Source of the DNA: Candidatus Doudnabacteria bacterium
GTDB taxonomy: Bacteria > Patescibacteriota > Doudnabacteria > UBA920
Assembly (NCBI GenBank): GCA_963768175.1
Contig: CAVYGQ010000001.1
Coordinates: forward strand, 190,305-254,304
Reading direction: 5' to 3'
DNA length: 64,000 nt
Below the pieces are notes generated by a model. The model was not told the DNA's origin, made no database searches, and saw nothing but the letters and a program-made list of their open reading frames with translations. The position numbers and the translations under genes are program-made. Positions 27,914 to 37,215 of this stretch are shown in pieces. Each line of letters begins with the position of its first letter. Within the stretch, counting starts at the first letter, position 1.

Positions 27914-28996
27914 ATGGGAATCCTAGATACCATAATCCACACCAAGCAAAATGAATCTTTAAGCCGGTTTAAACCTTCCGACGTAGTTAAAGAAATTTTA
28001 GATTTACTCAAAGAGCGCGACAGGCGTATTTTAATCCAACGCTACGGCTTGGAAGGCTTCGAGAGCCAAACTTTGGCCGCCATCGGCAAGGAACAAAATT
28101 TAACGCGCGAAAGGGTCAGGCAAATTGAGAAGGACCTTTTAAAAAACTTAAAGAAAACCAGCCTTCAAAAAGAAAGTTTTGCTTCAGCGAAAAATTTTTT
28201 GCTTGACATTGTCGCCGAACACGGCCGCATTATTGCCGAAGAAAGCCTTTTGATGTATTTGAACATTAACGACGCCAAAGAACGGAACGCGTTAATTTTT
28301 ATTTTGCATTTAATCGAAGAGCTTGATCACTTCATCCACGAAAATTATAAAAACTCCTGGGTCTCTGTTTTATTCAAACAGGATTTGCTCTCCAGTTTTG
28401 TAACCGAAAGCAAAAAAATTATAAGTGAAAAAAATACCCCGCTCCCGGCCGCGGAATTTTTGGAACATTTCAAGCAGACACAATTTTATAAGCAAAACCA
28501 GGCCGAACTTTCCGACCGCATAATTTTAAATTATTTGGAACTCACTGTAGAGATTGAAAAAAACGTTTTTGGCCACTGGGGGCTGAGCTTGTGGAAAGAA
28601 GTTAGGCCAAAAGACGTCGGCGATAAAGCTTTCCTGGTAATGAAGCACCACAAGAGCCCGGAGCATTATTCTACGATTACCGATATGATTAATAAAGCCG
28701 GGTTTGACGAGCGCAAGGCTTACAAAGAGACCGTGCATAATGAGTTAATTAAGGACCAAAGGTTTATTTTAATCGGCCGCGGAATTTACGCGCTTTCCGA
28801 ATGGGGCTACAAGCCGGGCGTGGTGGCGGAAGTAATAGTGGAAATTTTAAAGCAATCAGACCAGCCGCTGAGCAAAGAAAAGATTATTGAAGAGGTATTA
28901 AAACGCAGGATGGTAAAAAAGAATACTATTTTAGTCGGACTTTCAAATAAAAAGCTTTTCCAGAAGGTCGGAAAAAATTCTTACGCATTAGCATAG
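27914..28996 (+). CDS. sigma-70 region-4 domain fused to a C-terminal HARE-HTH-like domain (atypical transcription factor)
   Basis: N-terminus ERDRRILIQRYGLEGFESQTLAAIGKEQNLTRERVRQIEKDLLKNL matches sigma70_r4; C-terminus ...HYSTITDMINKAGF...KDQRFILIGRGIYALSEWGY resembles the HARE-HTH of RNAP delta. Confidence 0.55.
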   Translation: MGILDTIIHTKQNESLSRFKPSDVVKEILDLLKERDRRILIQRYGLEGFESQTLAAIGKEQNLTRERVRQIEKDLLKNLKKTSLQKESFASAKNFLLDIVAEHGRIIAEESLLMYLNINDAKERNALIFILHLIEELDHFIHENYKNSWVSVLFKQDLLSSFVTESKKIISEKNTPLPAAEFLEHFKQTQFYKQNQAELSDRIILNYLELTVEIEKNVFGHWGLSLWKEVRPKDVGDKAFLVMKHHKSPEHYSTITDMINKAGFDERKAYKETVHNELIKDQRFILIGRGIYALSEWGYKPGVVAEVIVEILKQSDQPLSKEKIIEEVLKRRMVKKNTILVGLSNKKLFQKVGKNSYALA

Positions 28997-29165
28997 TAAT
29001 CGCGAACATACAAAATCAAGTAATATACAAAAAGCAAACCGGTCATTTTGGGCACCAACTAAAGCTACCGTAATTAAGATTGCTTTGCAAATTGTGGCGG
29101 TCTTATAAAAACGGTTCGTATATTAATACCAATTTGTATATTCGCGAATAGTATTTGAAACACAA

Positions 29166-30518
29166 ATGGAAGTTTTAACAAGCATATTGCCGAATTTCAG
29201 AGAAGTTTTCCATATAGCCTTTTTGGTAATAGTTACCTATTACGGATGGGTGCTTTTTGTTTTAGGGCTTGTTTATATGCTTTATTTTGAATATTTGGAA
29301 GAAATCCAGGCACAATATGTTAAAGCTACCGAGTGGGTATTCCTACATATTTTAGTGCCAAAGGAAAATACAGTAAGCACGTTGGGGGTGGAAAATATTT
29401 TTGCCCAAATGCACGCGCTTCACAGAAGCCTAACTTGGCATGAAAAGTATGTTGAGGGGAAATTCCAATTGTGGTATTCCCTGGAAATAGTCAGTTTGGG
29501 CGGTGTAGTATCTTTTATTTTAAGAGTACCGAAGCGTTCCCAGCATCTGGTTGAATCCGCTTTTTACGCCCAATACCCGAGTGCCGAAATCCATGAGGTA
29601 TCGGATTACATGGAAAACTTCAAATTGGACCCTTACAATGACGATAACCAGTACGATTTTTTCGGAACAGAATGGAAAATGGCCCAGGATAGCGTTATCC
29701 CCATAAAAACCTATAAAGAGTTTGAACATCCTTCGGCCGAAGAAAAAATTATAGACCCGCTTGCCAATCTGATTGAAACCATGGAGCGGGTTAAGCCGCA
29801 CGAATTTTTATCGTTGCAAATCCTCATCCAGCCTATCCAAAATGACGAATGGGAAGAGCGAGCCGTAAAAAAAATAAAAGAGCTGACTGGCGAGGAAATT
29901 CCGCACGAAGCTTCAATCTTAGGCTTTTTCCTAAGGCCGCTTCACTGGTTTGCCGGTTTTAATTACAAAGAAACCTTTTTTGGTTCCCATGGTGGCCACG
30001 CCGAGCAGGAAAACAAACCCAGGAATAACTGGCTGAACATGAGCGAAGGGGAAAAGGGGCGCGTGACTCTAATTGAAAATAAAATTAACAAGGCCTGTTA
30101 TAATACCAAAATAAGATTATTGTACATGGCGCCCAAGGCCGAATATGACAAAGGCAGGCGTTTTGAACTAATCGGCGCGCTTAGGCATTTTAGCCCTGGT
30201 GGCGGGGCCGGGATGCACAACACGCTTAAGGTTGACTCGCATATCTGGACAAAGGTAGATCCATACTTTTCCGAGGCTTTGGAAGCGTACTTTTTGGACA
30301 GAATTACAAAGTACAGAAAATATTGGTTTTTACGGGGCTACAAAAACCGCAGTATTTACGTCGGATCACCGAAGTTTTTACTGAGTACGGAAGAACTTGC
30401 CACGTTATTCCATTTCCCGATTACTTTTGAAACCACGGTAGCGCCAGCCCAAGTGCAGGCCATAGCCAGTAAAACCGCCAGGCCACCGGCAGACTTGCCG
30501 ATTGCCCAGACCGAGTAA
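29166..30518 (+). CDS. hypothetical membrane-anchored protein (partner of the downstream ATPase)
   Basis: Single N-terminal TM region HIAFLVIVTYYGWVLFVLGLVYMLYF; no recognisable domain. Confidence 0.5.
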   Translation: MEVLTSILPNFREVFHIAFLVIVTYYGWVLFVLGLVYMLYFEYLEEIQAQYVKATEWVFLHILVPKENTVSTLGVENIFAQMHALHRSLTWHEKYVEGKFQLWYSLEIVSLGGVVSFILRVPKRSQHLVESAFYAQYPSAEIHEVSDYMENFKLDPYNDDNQYDFFGTEWKMAQDSVIPIKTYKEFEHPSAEEKIIDPLANLIETMERVKPHEFLSLQILIQPIQNDEWEERAVKKIKELTGEEIPHEASILGFFLRPLHWFAGFNYKETFFGSHGGHAEQENKPRNNWLNMSEGEKGRVTLIENKINKACYNTKIRLLYMAPKAEYDKGRRFELIGALRHFSPGGGAGMHNTLKVDSHIWTKVDPYFSEALEAYFLDRITKYRKYWFLRGYKNRSIYVGSPKFLLSTEELATLFHFPITFETTVAPAQVQAIASKTARPPADLPIAQTE

Positions 30519-30525
30519 TTGCTTA

Positions 30526-30624
30526 AAACTTTCTTTACCAACTACTAATTTTACGAATATACCAATGTTCGTTCTCAGAAGTTAGTATATTAGTATCGAT
30601 TCGTAGTTAGTAAAGTCAGTAATT
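30526..30624 (+). repeat. ~100-bp conserved intergenic element (copy 1), ending 5 nt before the start codon
   Basis: aactttctttaccaactactaatt...agttagtatattagta..gattcgtagttagtaaagtcagtaatt, near-identical to 48459-48555. Confidence 0.8.
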
Positions 30625-30629
30625 AAAAA

Positions 30630-32444
30630 ATGGATAACGACGAAAACAGAATTACAATTTTTGCCAAAACCAACTTCCGCAACAAGGAAGTGCCTTTTGG
30701 CATTAAAACCGACGACCGCCGCCGCCATATGTATTTAATCGGGAAAACCGGCATGGGCAAAACCACGCTTATGGAAAATATGGTCATTCAGGACATCCAA
30801 AACGGTCACGGCGTGGCATTTTTGGATCCGCACGGCGATTCAGTCAAAAGAATTTTGGACTGCGTCCCATCAAACCGAATAAACGACGTAATTTATTTTA
30901 ATCCAGCAGATTTGGAATACCCCGTGGCTTTCAATATTTTGGAATCGGTTGATCCAAAATACAAACATTTGGTGGCTAGCGGGCTTATGGGCGTTTTTAC
31001 CAAAATCTGGGCTAATTTGTGGTCAGCAAGGATGGAATACATTTTGAACAATACGATTTTGGCTTTGCTGGACAGCCCGGGCAACACCCTTTTGGGAATT
31101 ACCAGGATGTATGTGGATAAAAAATACCGCAAAAAAATCGTGGATAACATTAAAGACCCCATGGTCCGCGCTTTTTGGGTAGATGAGTTTGCCAATTATA
31201 ACGAAAAATACCGCACCGAAGCCATTGCGCCAATCCAAAATAAGGTCGGGCAGTTTTTGAGCTCCGGCATTATCCGCAACATTGTCGGGCAGCCAAAAAG
31301 CACAATAGACCTGCGCGAAATCATGGACAACCGTAAAATCCTGATTATGGATTTGTCCAAGGGAAAAGTCGGCGAAGACAACTCCGCGTTGCTTGGCGCC
31401 ATGCTGGTAACCAAAATCCAGCTGGCCGCCATGTCCCGCACGGACATCGACGAAAAAGACAGAAAAGACTTTTACCTTTATGTGGACGAGTTCCAGAATT
31501 TTGCCACCGAAAGTTTCGCCACAATTTTAAGCGAAGCCCGCAAGTACCGCCTTAACTTAATTGTCGGCCACCAGTATATTGCCCAGCTGGAAGAAGACAG
31601 AAGCACCAAAGTCCGCGACGCGATTTTCGGTAACGTCGGGACGATTATTATATTCAGGATTGGCGCCGTAGACGCCGAATTTTTGGAAACTGAATTCGAG
31701 CCGATTTTTACCCCAAGCGACCTGGTTAACTTGCCCAAGTATTCAATTATTTTAAAATTAATGATTAACGGCGTGGCTTCGGACCCGTTTTCCGCGATAA
31801 CTCTCGCACCCAACCCTACCCATCTTACGGGCAACCAGGAAAAAGTTTTAAAAGTTTCCAGGGAACGTTATGCCAACCCCGCCTCTGAAGTTGAAGAAAA
31901 AATTTCCCGTTGGATGGGCGCGGAATATCACCAGGAATCGGCTTTACTGATAGGCAGCGAAGAACAGCAACCGTCGGAGTCGCCCGAACAAAACCAGCAG
32001 CCCGTTGAACGGCCAAAGCCGCAGGCCCAAGAGAAAGCTGAAGCCGAAGCTCAAAAAAATTCGGAGCCTAAAAAGCCGGCTGAATCGCCCCAAAGGCCGT
32101 TTATTGAAAAAAAGGGCCAGGTTTTCAGGCAACCGGAAAAAGCTCGCCAGCAAAAAGACCGGCCTCACAGGCAACAGCAAAACCAACAGCCAAGGCAGCA
32201 AACCAAAACCAATGTCAGCAACCGCGGCCAAGAATCAAGGACCCAGCAAAAAAGGGAAAACCCCATTTGGGATAAAGTTGCGAATTTTCAACAGGAAAAA
32301 ATTAACCAAGCAAACAAAAAAACCGGCGAGGCCGTGGCTCAAATATTAACCCAGTCTCCACAACCCGTCGTTCCAAAGCCGCAATTAGAATCGGGAACAG
32401 TAGAAAAAAAAGTTCTAAACCCAGGCGAATTGCACAAACTATAA
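30630..32444 (+). CDS. VirD4/TraD/TrwB-like FtsK-HerA-superfamily P-loop ATPase (AAA_10/TraG-D_C-like) with ~190-aa low-complexity Q/P/E/K-rich C-terminal tail
   Basis: Walker A LIGKTGMGKTT followed by AFLDPHGD (compare TrwB VDPNGD); Walker B FYLYVDEFQNF; GHQY; disordered tail QQPSESPEQNQQPVERPKPQAQEKAEAEAQ... Confidence 0.6.
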   Translation: MDNDENRITIFAKTNFRNKEVPFGIKTDDRRRHMYLIGKTGMGKTTLMENMVIQDIQNGHGVAFLDPHGDSVKRILDCVPSNRINDVIYFNPADLEYPVAFNILESVDPKYKHLVASGLMGVFTKIWANLWSARMEYILNNTILALLDSPGNTLLGITRMYVDKKYRKKIVDNIKDPMVRAFWVDEFANYNEKYRTEAIAPIQNKVGQFLSSGIIRNIVGQPKSTIDLREIMDNRKILIMDLSKGKVGEDNSALLGAMLVTKIQLAAMSRTDIDEKDRKDFYLYVDEFQNFATESFATILSEARKYRLNLIVGHQYIAQLEEDRSTKVRDAIFGNVGTIIIFRIGAVDAEFLETEFEPIFTPSDLVNLPKYSIILKLMINGVASDPFSAITLAPNPTHLTGNQEKVLKVSRERYANPASEVEEKISRWMGAEYHQESALLIGSEEQQPSESPEQNQQPVERPKPQAQEKAEAEAQKNSEPKKPAESPQRPFIEKKGQVFRQPEKARQQKDRPHRQQQNQQPRQQTKTNVSNRGQESRTQQKRENPIWDKVANFQQEKINQANKKTGEAVAQILTQSPQPVVPKPQLESGTVEKKVLNPGELHKL

Positions 32445-32478
32445 AAAAATTCCCGGTTGACCGGGAATTTTTTTATTT
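32443..32478. terminator. bidirectional terminator between the ATPase gene (+) and trxA (-)
   Basis: aaaaaaattcccggt-tga-ccgggaattttttt. Confidence 0.7.
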
Positions 32479-32479
32479 T

Positions 32480-32800
32480 TTAAATATGCTTCTTTATTTC
32501 CGCTTCCACGGTGGCTTTGGGCGCAGCTCCTATCATTTCGCCCACAAGCTTGCCATTTTTAAAAAATTTTAGCGTGGGAATGCTCATTACGCCATATTTA
32601 GATGCTAAAGCATTATTTTCGTCCACATTCACTTTGCCAACCTTAAGCCTACCTTCATAATCCTTGGCCAACTCTTCAACGATCGGGCCCAAAACCTTGC
32701 AAGGTCCGCACCACACAGCCCAAAAATCAACCATTACCGGTAATTTAGACTGCAAAACTTCTTTATCAAAATTGTTTTCGTCTATCTTTATTTCCGCCAT
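32480..32800 (-). CDS. trxA: thioredoxin
   Basis: WAVWCGPCK active site; 106 aa. Confidence 0.95.
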   Translation of the reverse strand: MAEIKIDENNFDKEVLQSKLPVMVDFWAVWCGPCKVLGPIVEELAKDYEGRLKVGKVNVDENNALASKYGVMSIPTLKFFKNGKLVGEMIGAAPKATVEAEIKKHI

Positions 32801-32962
32801 ATATGTGAGGAACTAATAACTGATAATTTATAACTGATAACGGCATTCACAGTTATTGATTACCAATTATTTGTTATTTATAAACGCCTATCTATTTTAT
32901 CCACAGATCAAACTTCTGTCAATAAGCTATAATGATTATAGAACCAGTATAATTTTTTAAAA

Positions 32963-33922
32963 TTGGACACCAAAACAAAAATTTTAAAAATGATGCCTTA
33001 TTGGTTGATTTTACTGCTGTTAATTATTTCAGCACAAACAGCGGCTTTTTTGTGTTTTCTGAATGCCCCCAAAAATGATGTTATTCTGCCAAAAATTTTA
33101 GGAGCCAGTACCGATGCGCCAAATTTTATCAGGGGCGACAGCCAAAGCACAACAAAAACCATTAGCCAAACAAGTAATCCCGACCTTTTGGGCATAAGCG
33201 CACAAAGTTTTTTGGTTTTTGATTTAAACAGCGGCCAGGAACTTTTGGGGAAAAATCCTGCCCAAAAAGTAGCCATTGCCAGTTTAACCAAACTGATGAC
33301 GGCTTTGACGGCTTATAATAATTCAAAGCTCAACCGGACATATAGAATTTCGGACAAGGACACCTTGAATATTAAACCCAATTTAGGGCTAATCCCCGGA
33401 GATGAAGTTAGCGCCCTGGACATTTTTAATTCCATGCTAATCGGTTCGTGCAATGACGCCGCTTTAGCATTGGCAGACTATTCGTCCCAGTCTTCGGGCG
33501 ATAATTTTGTTGATTTAATGAACCGGCAGGCTAAGCAGCTGGGAATGCTAAACAGCAGTTTTAGCAATCCCATGGGTTTTGACAGTAACGGAAATTACTC
33601 CACTGCCGAAGATTTAAAACTTCTTATAACAGTTACCCAGCAGTTGTCTGCTTTTACCGATTTAGGGCGCAGAACCGCTTATACGTTTGTTGGAGCTGAA
33701 GGTAAAACTTATTATACGGCTGCCACTAACACTCTTATAAAAGAACACCCCGATATTCAGGCAATCAAAACCGGTTTTACCGACGAAGCTAACGGCGCGA
33801 TGGCCACCAAAATCAGTATTTCCGGACATCAAATAATTATTTTAGTTTTAGACAGCCAAAACCGCGAAAGGGACACGCTTAAGCTTAAGTCGGCTACAGC
33901 ATCTAGTTTTGATTGGAATTGA
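32963..33922 (+). CDS. D-alanyl-D-alanine carboxypeptidase (S11 / PBP5-like)
   Basis: SxxK (ASLTKLMT), SxN (GSCND) and KTG (KTGFT) motifs; N-terminal TM anchor. Confidence 0.8.
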   Translation: MDTKTKILKMMPYWLILLLLIISAQTAAFLCFLNAPKNDVILPKILGASTDAPNFIRGDSQSTTKTISQTSNPDLLGISAQSFLVFDLNSGQELLGKNPAQKVAIASLTKLMTALTAYNNSKLNRTYRISDKDTLNIKPNLGLIPGDEVSALDIFNSMLIGSCNDAALALADYSSQSSGDNFVDLMNRQAKQLGMLNSSFSNPMGFDSNGNYSTAEDLKLLITVTQQLSAFTDLGRRTAYTFVGAEGKTYYTAATNTLIKEHPDIQAIKTGFTDEANGAMATKISISGHQIIILVLDSQNRERDTLKLKSATASSFDWN

Positions 33923-33943
33923 TAAAATCCCTTGTTTATATTG

Positions 33944-33995
33944 AGGACTGTCCTTTTACCCTGATTTTGCACGGAAAAGGACAGTCCTCTTTTCT
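33944..33995 (+). terminator. long-stem terminator after the DD-carboxypeptidase gene
   Basis: gaggactgtcctttt...aaaaggacagtcctc ttttct (15-bp stem). Confidence 0.55.
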
Positions 33996-34098
33996 GACAA
34001 TGAAGAACCATTAAAATAAACTTTTTAAAAATGTCTTTTTATGGTACAATAAATCCAGCATTTATTTATTTTGCAATTCTTTAATTTGAAATAAATAA

Positions 34099-35157
34099 GT
34101 GCTGGATAAATGCTATATGATGGGCCATTTGGTGTTGACTAAAATTTTCGCGTTGACCTCTTTAGGTTTTATCTTTGCTCTGGCGGTTACTCCGCTTTTT
34201 ACTAAATTTTTATACAAAAATAAACTTGGCAAGCAAATCCGCAACGACGGCAGCACGCCGCTGTTTACGGAAATGCACAAGCACAAGGCCGGCACGCCAA
34301 CTATGGGCGGCATCTTAGTCTGGGGCACGCTTGGCATTTTAATGCTTGTTTTTTGGTTCTTTGATAGGGTCGCGCACGTTGGTATTTTCAATAATTTTGA
34401 TTTTTATTCCCGCAGGGAAACACTTTTGCCTTTGGGAGCGCTGCTCGGGGCGTCGCTAGTCGGGCTGATAGACGACTGGCTAGATATTCACAAGCGCGGC
34501 CATAATGGCAGAGGGTTGCGTTTTAGGTTTAAACTCATTTTATATTCCGTTGTCGCGGCTATCGGCGCCTGGTGGTTTTACTTCAAACTTGGTTTCGATT
34601 ACGTCCACGTTCCTTTTGCCGGCAATTTACATCTCGGCTGGCTGTTTATTCCGTTTTTTATTTTTGTGGTTATCGCCACCAGCTTTTCCGTCAACCAGAC
34701 CGACGGGCTGGACGGACTGGCCGGCGGCAGCCTGATGATTGCTTTTTTCTCTTTTGGCCTTATCGCTTTTTTGCAGGGCAAGCACGACTTGGCGACTTTT
34801 ATCGGCGTAATCTGTGGCAGCCTGTTAGCCTTTTTGTGGTTTAATGTTTTTCCGGCAAGATTTATTATGGGAGATACCGGTTCCATGGGGCTGGGTGTTT
34901 TGCTGGCCATTGTTGCTTTTTTGACCAATTCGGTTTTGATATTGCCGATTGTGGGGTTTGTATTTTTACTGGAAGCCGTTTCCACGATTATCCAGCTATT
35001 TTCCAAAAAGTTCCTAAAAAAGAAAATCCTTTTATCCGCGCCGCTTCACCATCATTTGGAAGCTTTAGGCTGGCCGGAAGCCAAAATTACCATGCGTTTT
35101 TGGATAATCGCCGCGGTCACCAGCCTTATAGGAGTAATAATATACTTTCTTGGGTAA
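34099..35157 (+). CDS. mraY: phospho-N-acetylmuramoyl-pentapeptide transferase
   Basis: MraY/GT4 polyprenyl-phosphate family: DDWLD, NQTDGLDGLAGG, multi-TM. Confidence 0.9.
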   Translation: MLDKCYMMGHLVLTKIFALTSLGFIFALAVTPLFTKFLYKNKLGKQIRNDGSTPLFTEMHKHKAGTPTMGGILVWGTLGILMLVFWFFDRVAHVGIFNNFDFYSRRETLLPLGALLGASLVGLIDDWLDIHKRGHNGRGLRFRFKLILYSVVAAIGAWWFYFKLGFDYVHVPFAGNLHLGWLFIPFFIFVVIATSFSVNQTDGLDGLAGGSLMIAFFSFGLIAFLQGKHDLATFIGVICGSLLAFLWFNVFPARFIMGDTGSMGLGVLLAIVAFLTNSVLILPIVGFVFLLEAVSTIIQLFSKKFLKKKILLSAPLHHHLEALGWPEAKITMRFWIIAAVTSLIGVIIYFLG

Positions 35158-35314
35158 AAACTTAATTAAATCCTAAAAACTAAAACTTAAATTCTAAACA
35201 AATTACAAAAATTAAAAAATAAATTACAAACCTCGATTGTTCCCGTTTAAAATTTAATATCTATAATTTGGATTTTGTTTAGTATTTAAAGTTTAGTGTT
35301 TAGATTTTATTCAC

Positions 35315-36883
35315 ATGTATTCACTATTGATAAAAAACGCCACGGTCATTGACGGCACCGGAAAGCCGGGGCAGGTTTTGGATGTGGCCGTGCAGGGTGA
35401 CGAAATTGTAAATATTGCGCCAAAAATAGATTTGCAGGCGCAATCGGTTATTGACGCAACCGGGAAAGTTCTTAGCCCTGGCTTTGTGGATTTGCAAAAC
35501 CACAGCGACAGCTATTGGCAAATTTTTGACAACCCCCAACTACACAGTTTAATTAGCCAGGGCTACACCACGATTTTAGTGGGAAACTGCGGCGCCAGCC
35601 TGGCGCCCCTGTTAACTCACGAAGCTTTATATTCATTGCAAAAATGGCACAATCTAGAAGGGATAAATGTCAATTGGGTTTCCTACAGCGAGTTTATAGA
35701 AGAGCTTTCCAGAAAACGCTTTGCCTGCAACATAGCCAGCCTGATAGGCTACTCAACCTTGAGAAGAGCAATGGTCGGCGACCAAATTAGGAGCTTGGAA
35801 AAACAGGAACTTAATGCCCTAAAAACCGCGCTTTCAGAAAGTTTGGAAGCAGGGGCATTTGGCTTGTCCAGCGGCTTGTCTTACGCTCACGAAATAATTA
35901 TTTCCGAGCTGGAGCTTTTTGAGCTGGCAAAAATCGTAAAAAGCGCGAGTGGTTTGTTCTCAATCCACTTAAGAAGCGAAGGCGGGGAAATTATTGAAGC
36001 TTTGGACGAAGCTTTGGACATTGCCAAGGCTACGGAAGTCAATTTAAAAATTTCCCACTTAAAAGTCCGCAATCAGCAGAACTGGGACAAGTTTCCCGAA
36101 GTTTTGAGTTTAATCGATACGGCCTATATGCAAGGCACCCAGGTGCATTTTGATTTATATCCTTACGACATTATGTGGCAGCCGCTTTACAGCTACTTGC
36201 CGAAATGGGCCATAGAGGGCGGGCGGAAAATTATGTTAAAGCATTTTGCGGATCCAGTGCAAAAAAATAAAATTTTAATGTATTTGAACAACCTGGGCGT
36301 TAAATTTTCGGAAGTGCGCGTAGCGTCCACGGCCAGCAGGCTGAACTTTGCCGGAAAAACTATCGGTCAAATTGCCAAAAATTTGGAATGTTCCAGCGAG
36401 CAGGCAGTTTTGCATTTGATACAAAACGGCGGCAGCGAAGTTCTGGTTTTCGAAAAAAATTTGGACATGGAACAGGTTGAGCAATTAACCCTCCACCCTT
36501 TATCGTTTATCAGCACCGACGGCGCCGGGTTCAGCAATTTATCCGCAGGCGGCGGGCTGGTCCATCCGCGGTCTTTTGGAACCGCAACTAAATTTTTGGC
36601 CAATGTCCGGAAGACCGGAAGCCTGCCAATGGAAACAGCCATAAGAAAGTTGACCTCCGGCCCCGCAAAAAAAATGGGTTTAAAAAAACGCGGGGAAATT
36701 CAAATTGGAAATTTTGCAGACTTGGTCATCTTTGACCAGGAAAAAATTACCGACAAGGCCAGCTACGAAAACCCTTATCTATTAAGCGAGGGGATTTCTT
36801 ACGTGTTTGTTAACGGCAAGGCCGCGCTTTCGGAAGGAAAATTAACCAACCAGTTGCCCGGGTATGCCTTGAGAAAGGGTTAA
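35315..36883 (+). CDS. N-acyl-D-amino-acid deacylase (D-aminoacylase, amidohydrolase superfamily)
   Basis: LIKNATVIDGTG...SPGFVDLQNHSD metal-binding N-terminus, ~520 aa D-aminoacylase architecture. Confidence 0.75.
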   Translation: MYSLLIKNATVIDGTGKPGQVLDVAVQGDEIVNIAPKIDLQAQSVIDATGKVLSPGFVDLQNHSDSYWQIFDNPQLHSLISQGYTTILVGNCGASLAPLLTHEALYSLQKWHNLEGINVNWVSYSEFIEELSRKRFACNIASLIGYSTLRRAMVGDQIRSLEKQELNALKTALSESLEAGAFGLSSGLSYAHEIIISELELFELAKIVKSASGLFSIHLRSEGGEIIEALDEALDIAKATEVNLKISHLKVRNQQNWDKFPEVLSLIDTAYMQGTQVHFDLYPYDIMWQPLYSYLPKWAIEGGRKIMLKHFADPVQKNKILMYLNNLGVKFSEVRVASTASRLNFAGKTIGQIAKNLECSSEQAVLHLIQNGGSEVLVFEKNLDMEQVEQLTLHPLSFISTDGAGFSNLSAGGGLVHPRSFGTATKFLANVRKTGSLPMETAIRKLTSGPAKKMGLKKRGEIQIGNFADLVIFDQEKITDKASYENPYLLSEGISYVFVNGKAALSEGKLTNQLPGYALRKG

Positions 36884-37215
36884 AAGGGTGGCATTAGGAA
36901 TGTTTTTTTAACGCACGGCTTAAAATTGACGCCAAAAAACTCCTGAAGCCCAAATTCAATAGAGTTTGGCCTTCTTAAAAAGATGCCCCCAACAGAAATC
37001 AAAATAAAGCCGGAATGCTGGAGGGGAGAGAATATTTCCAGTAAGCTTTTTAGAATTACCTTCACAAAAACCGCCGCGCTTTCCGGCCTTAGGCGGGTCA
37101 GCCTCGGACTGATGCTATGCGCGGGGTTTTTGTTTTTTGGCTTTGGGCTTGCCGGTGGGCTCCGTGGTCAGTGAGCGGGTGCTCCAATAACCTTAAGGTC
37201 AAGCAGACAAACCAT

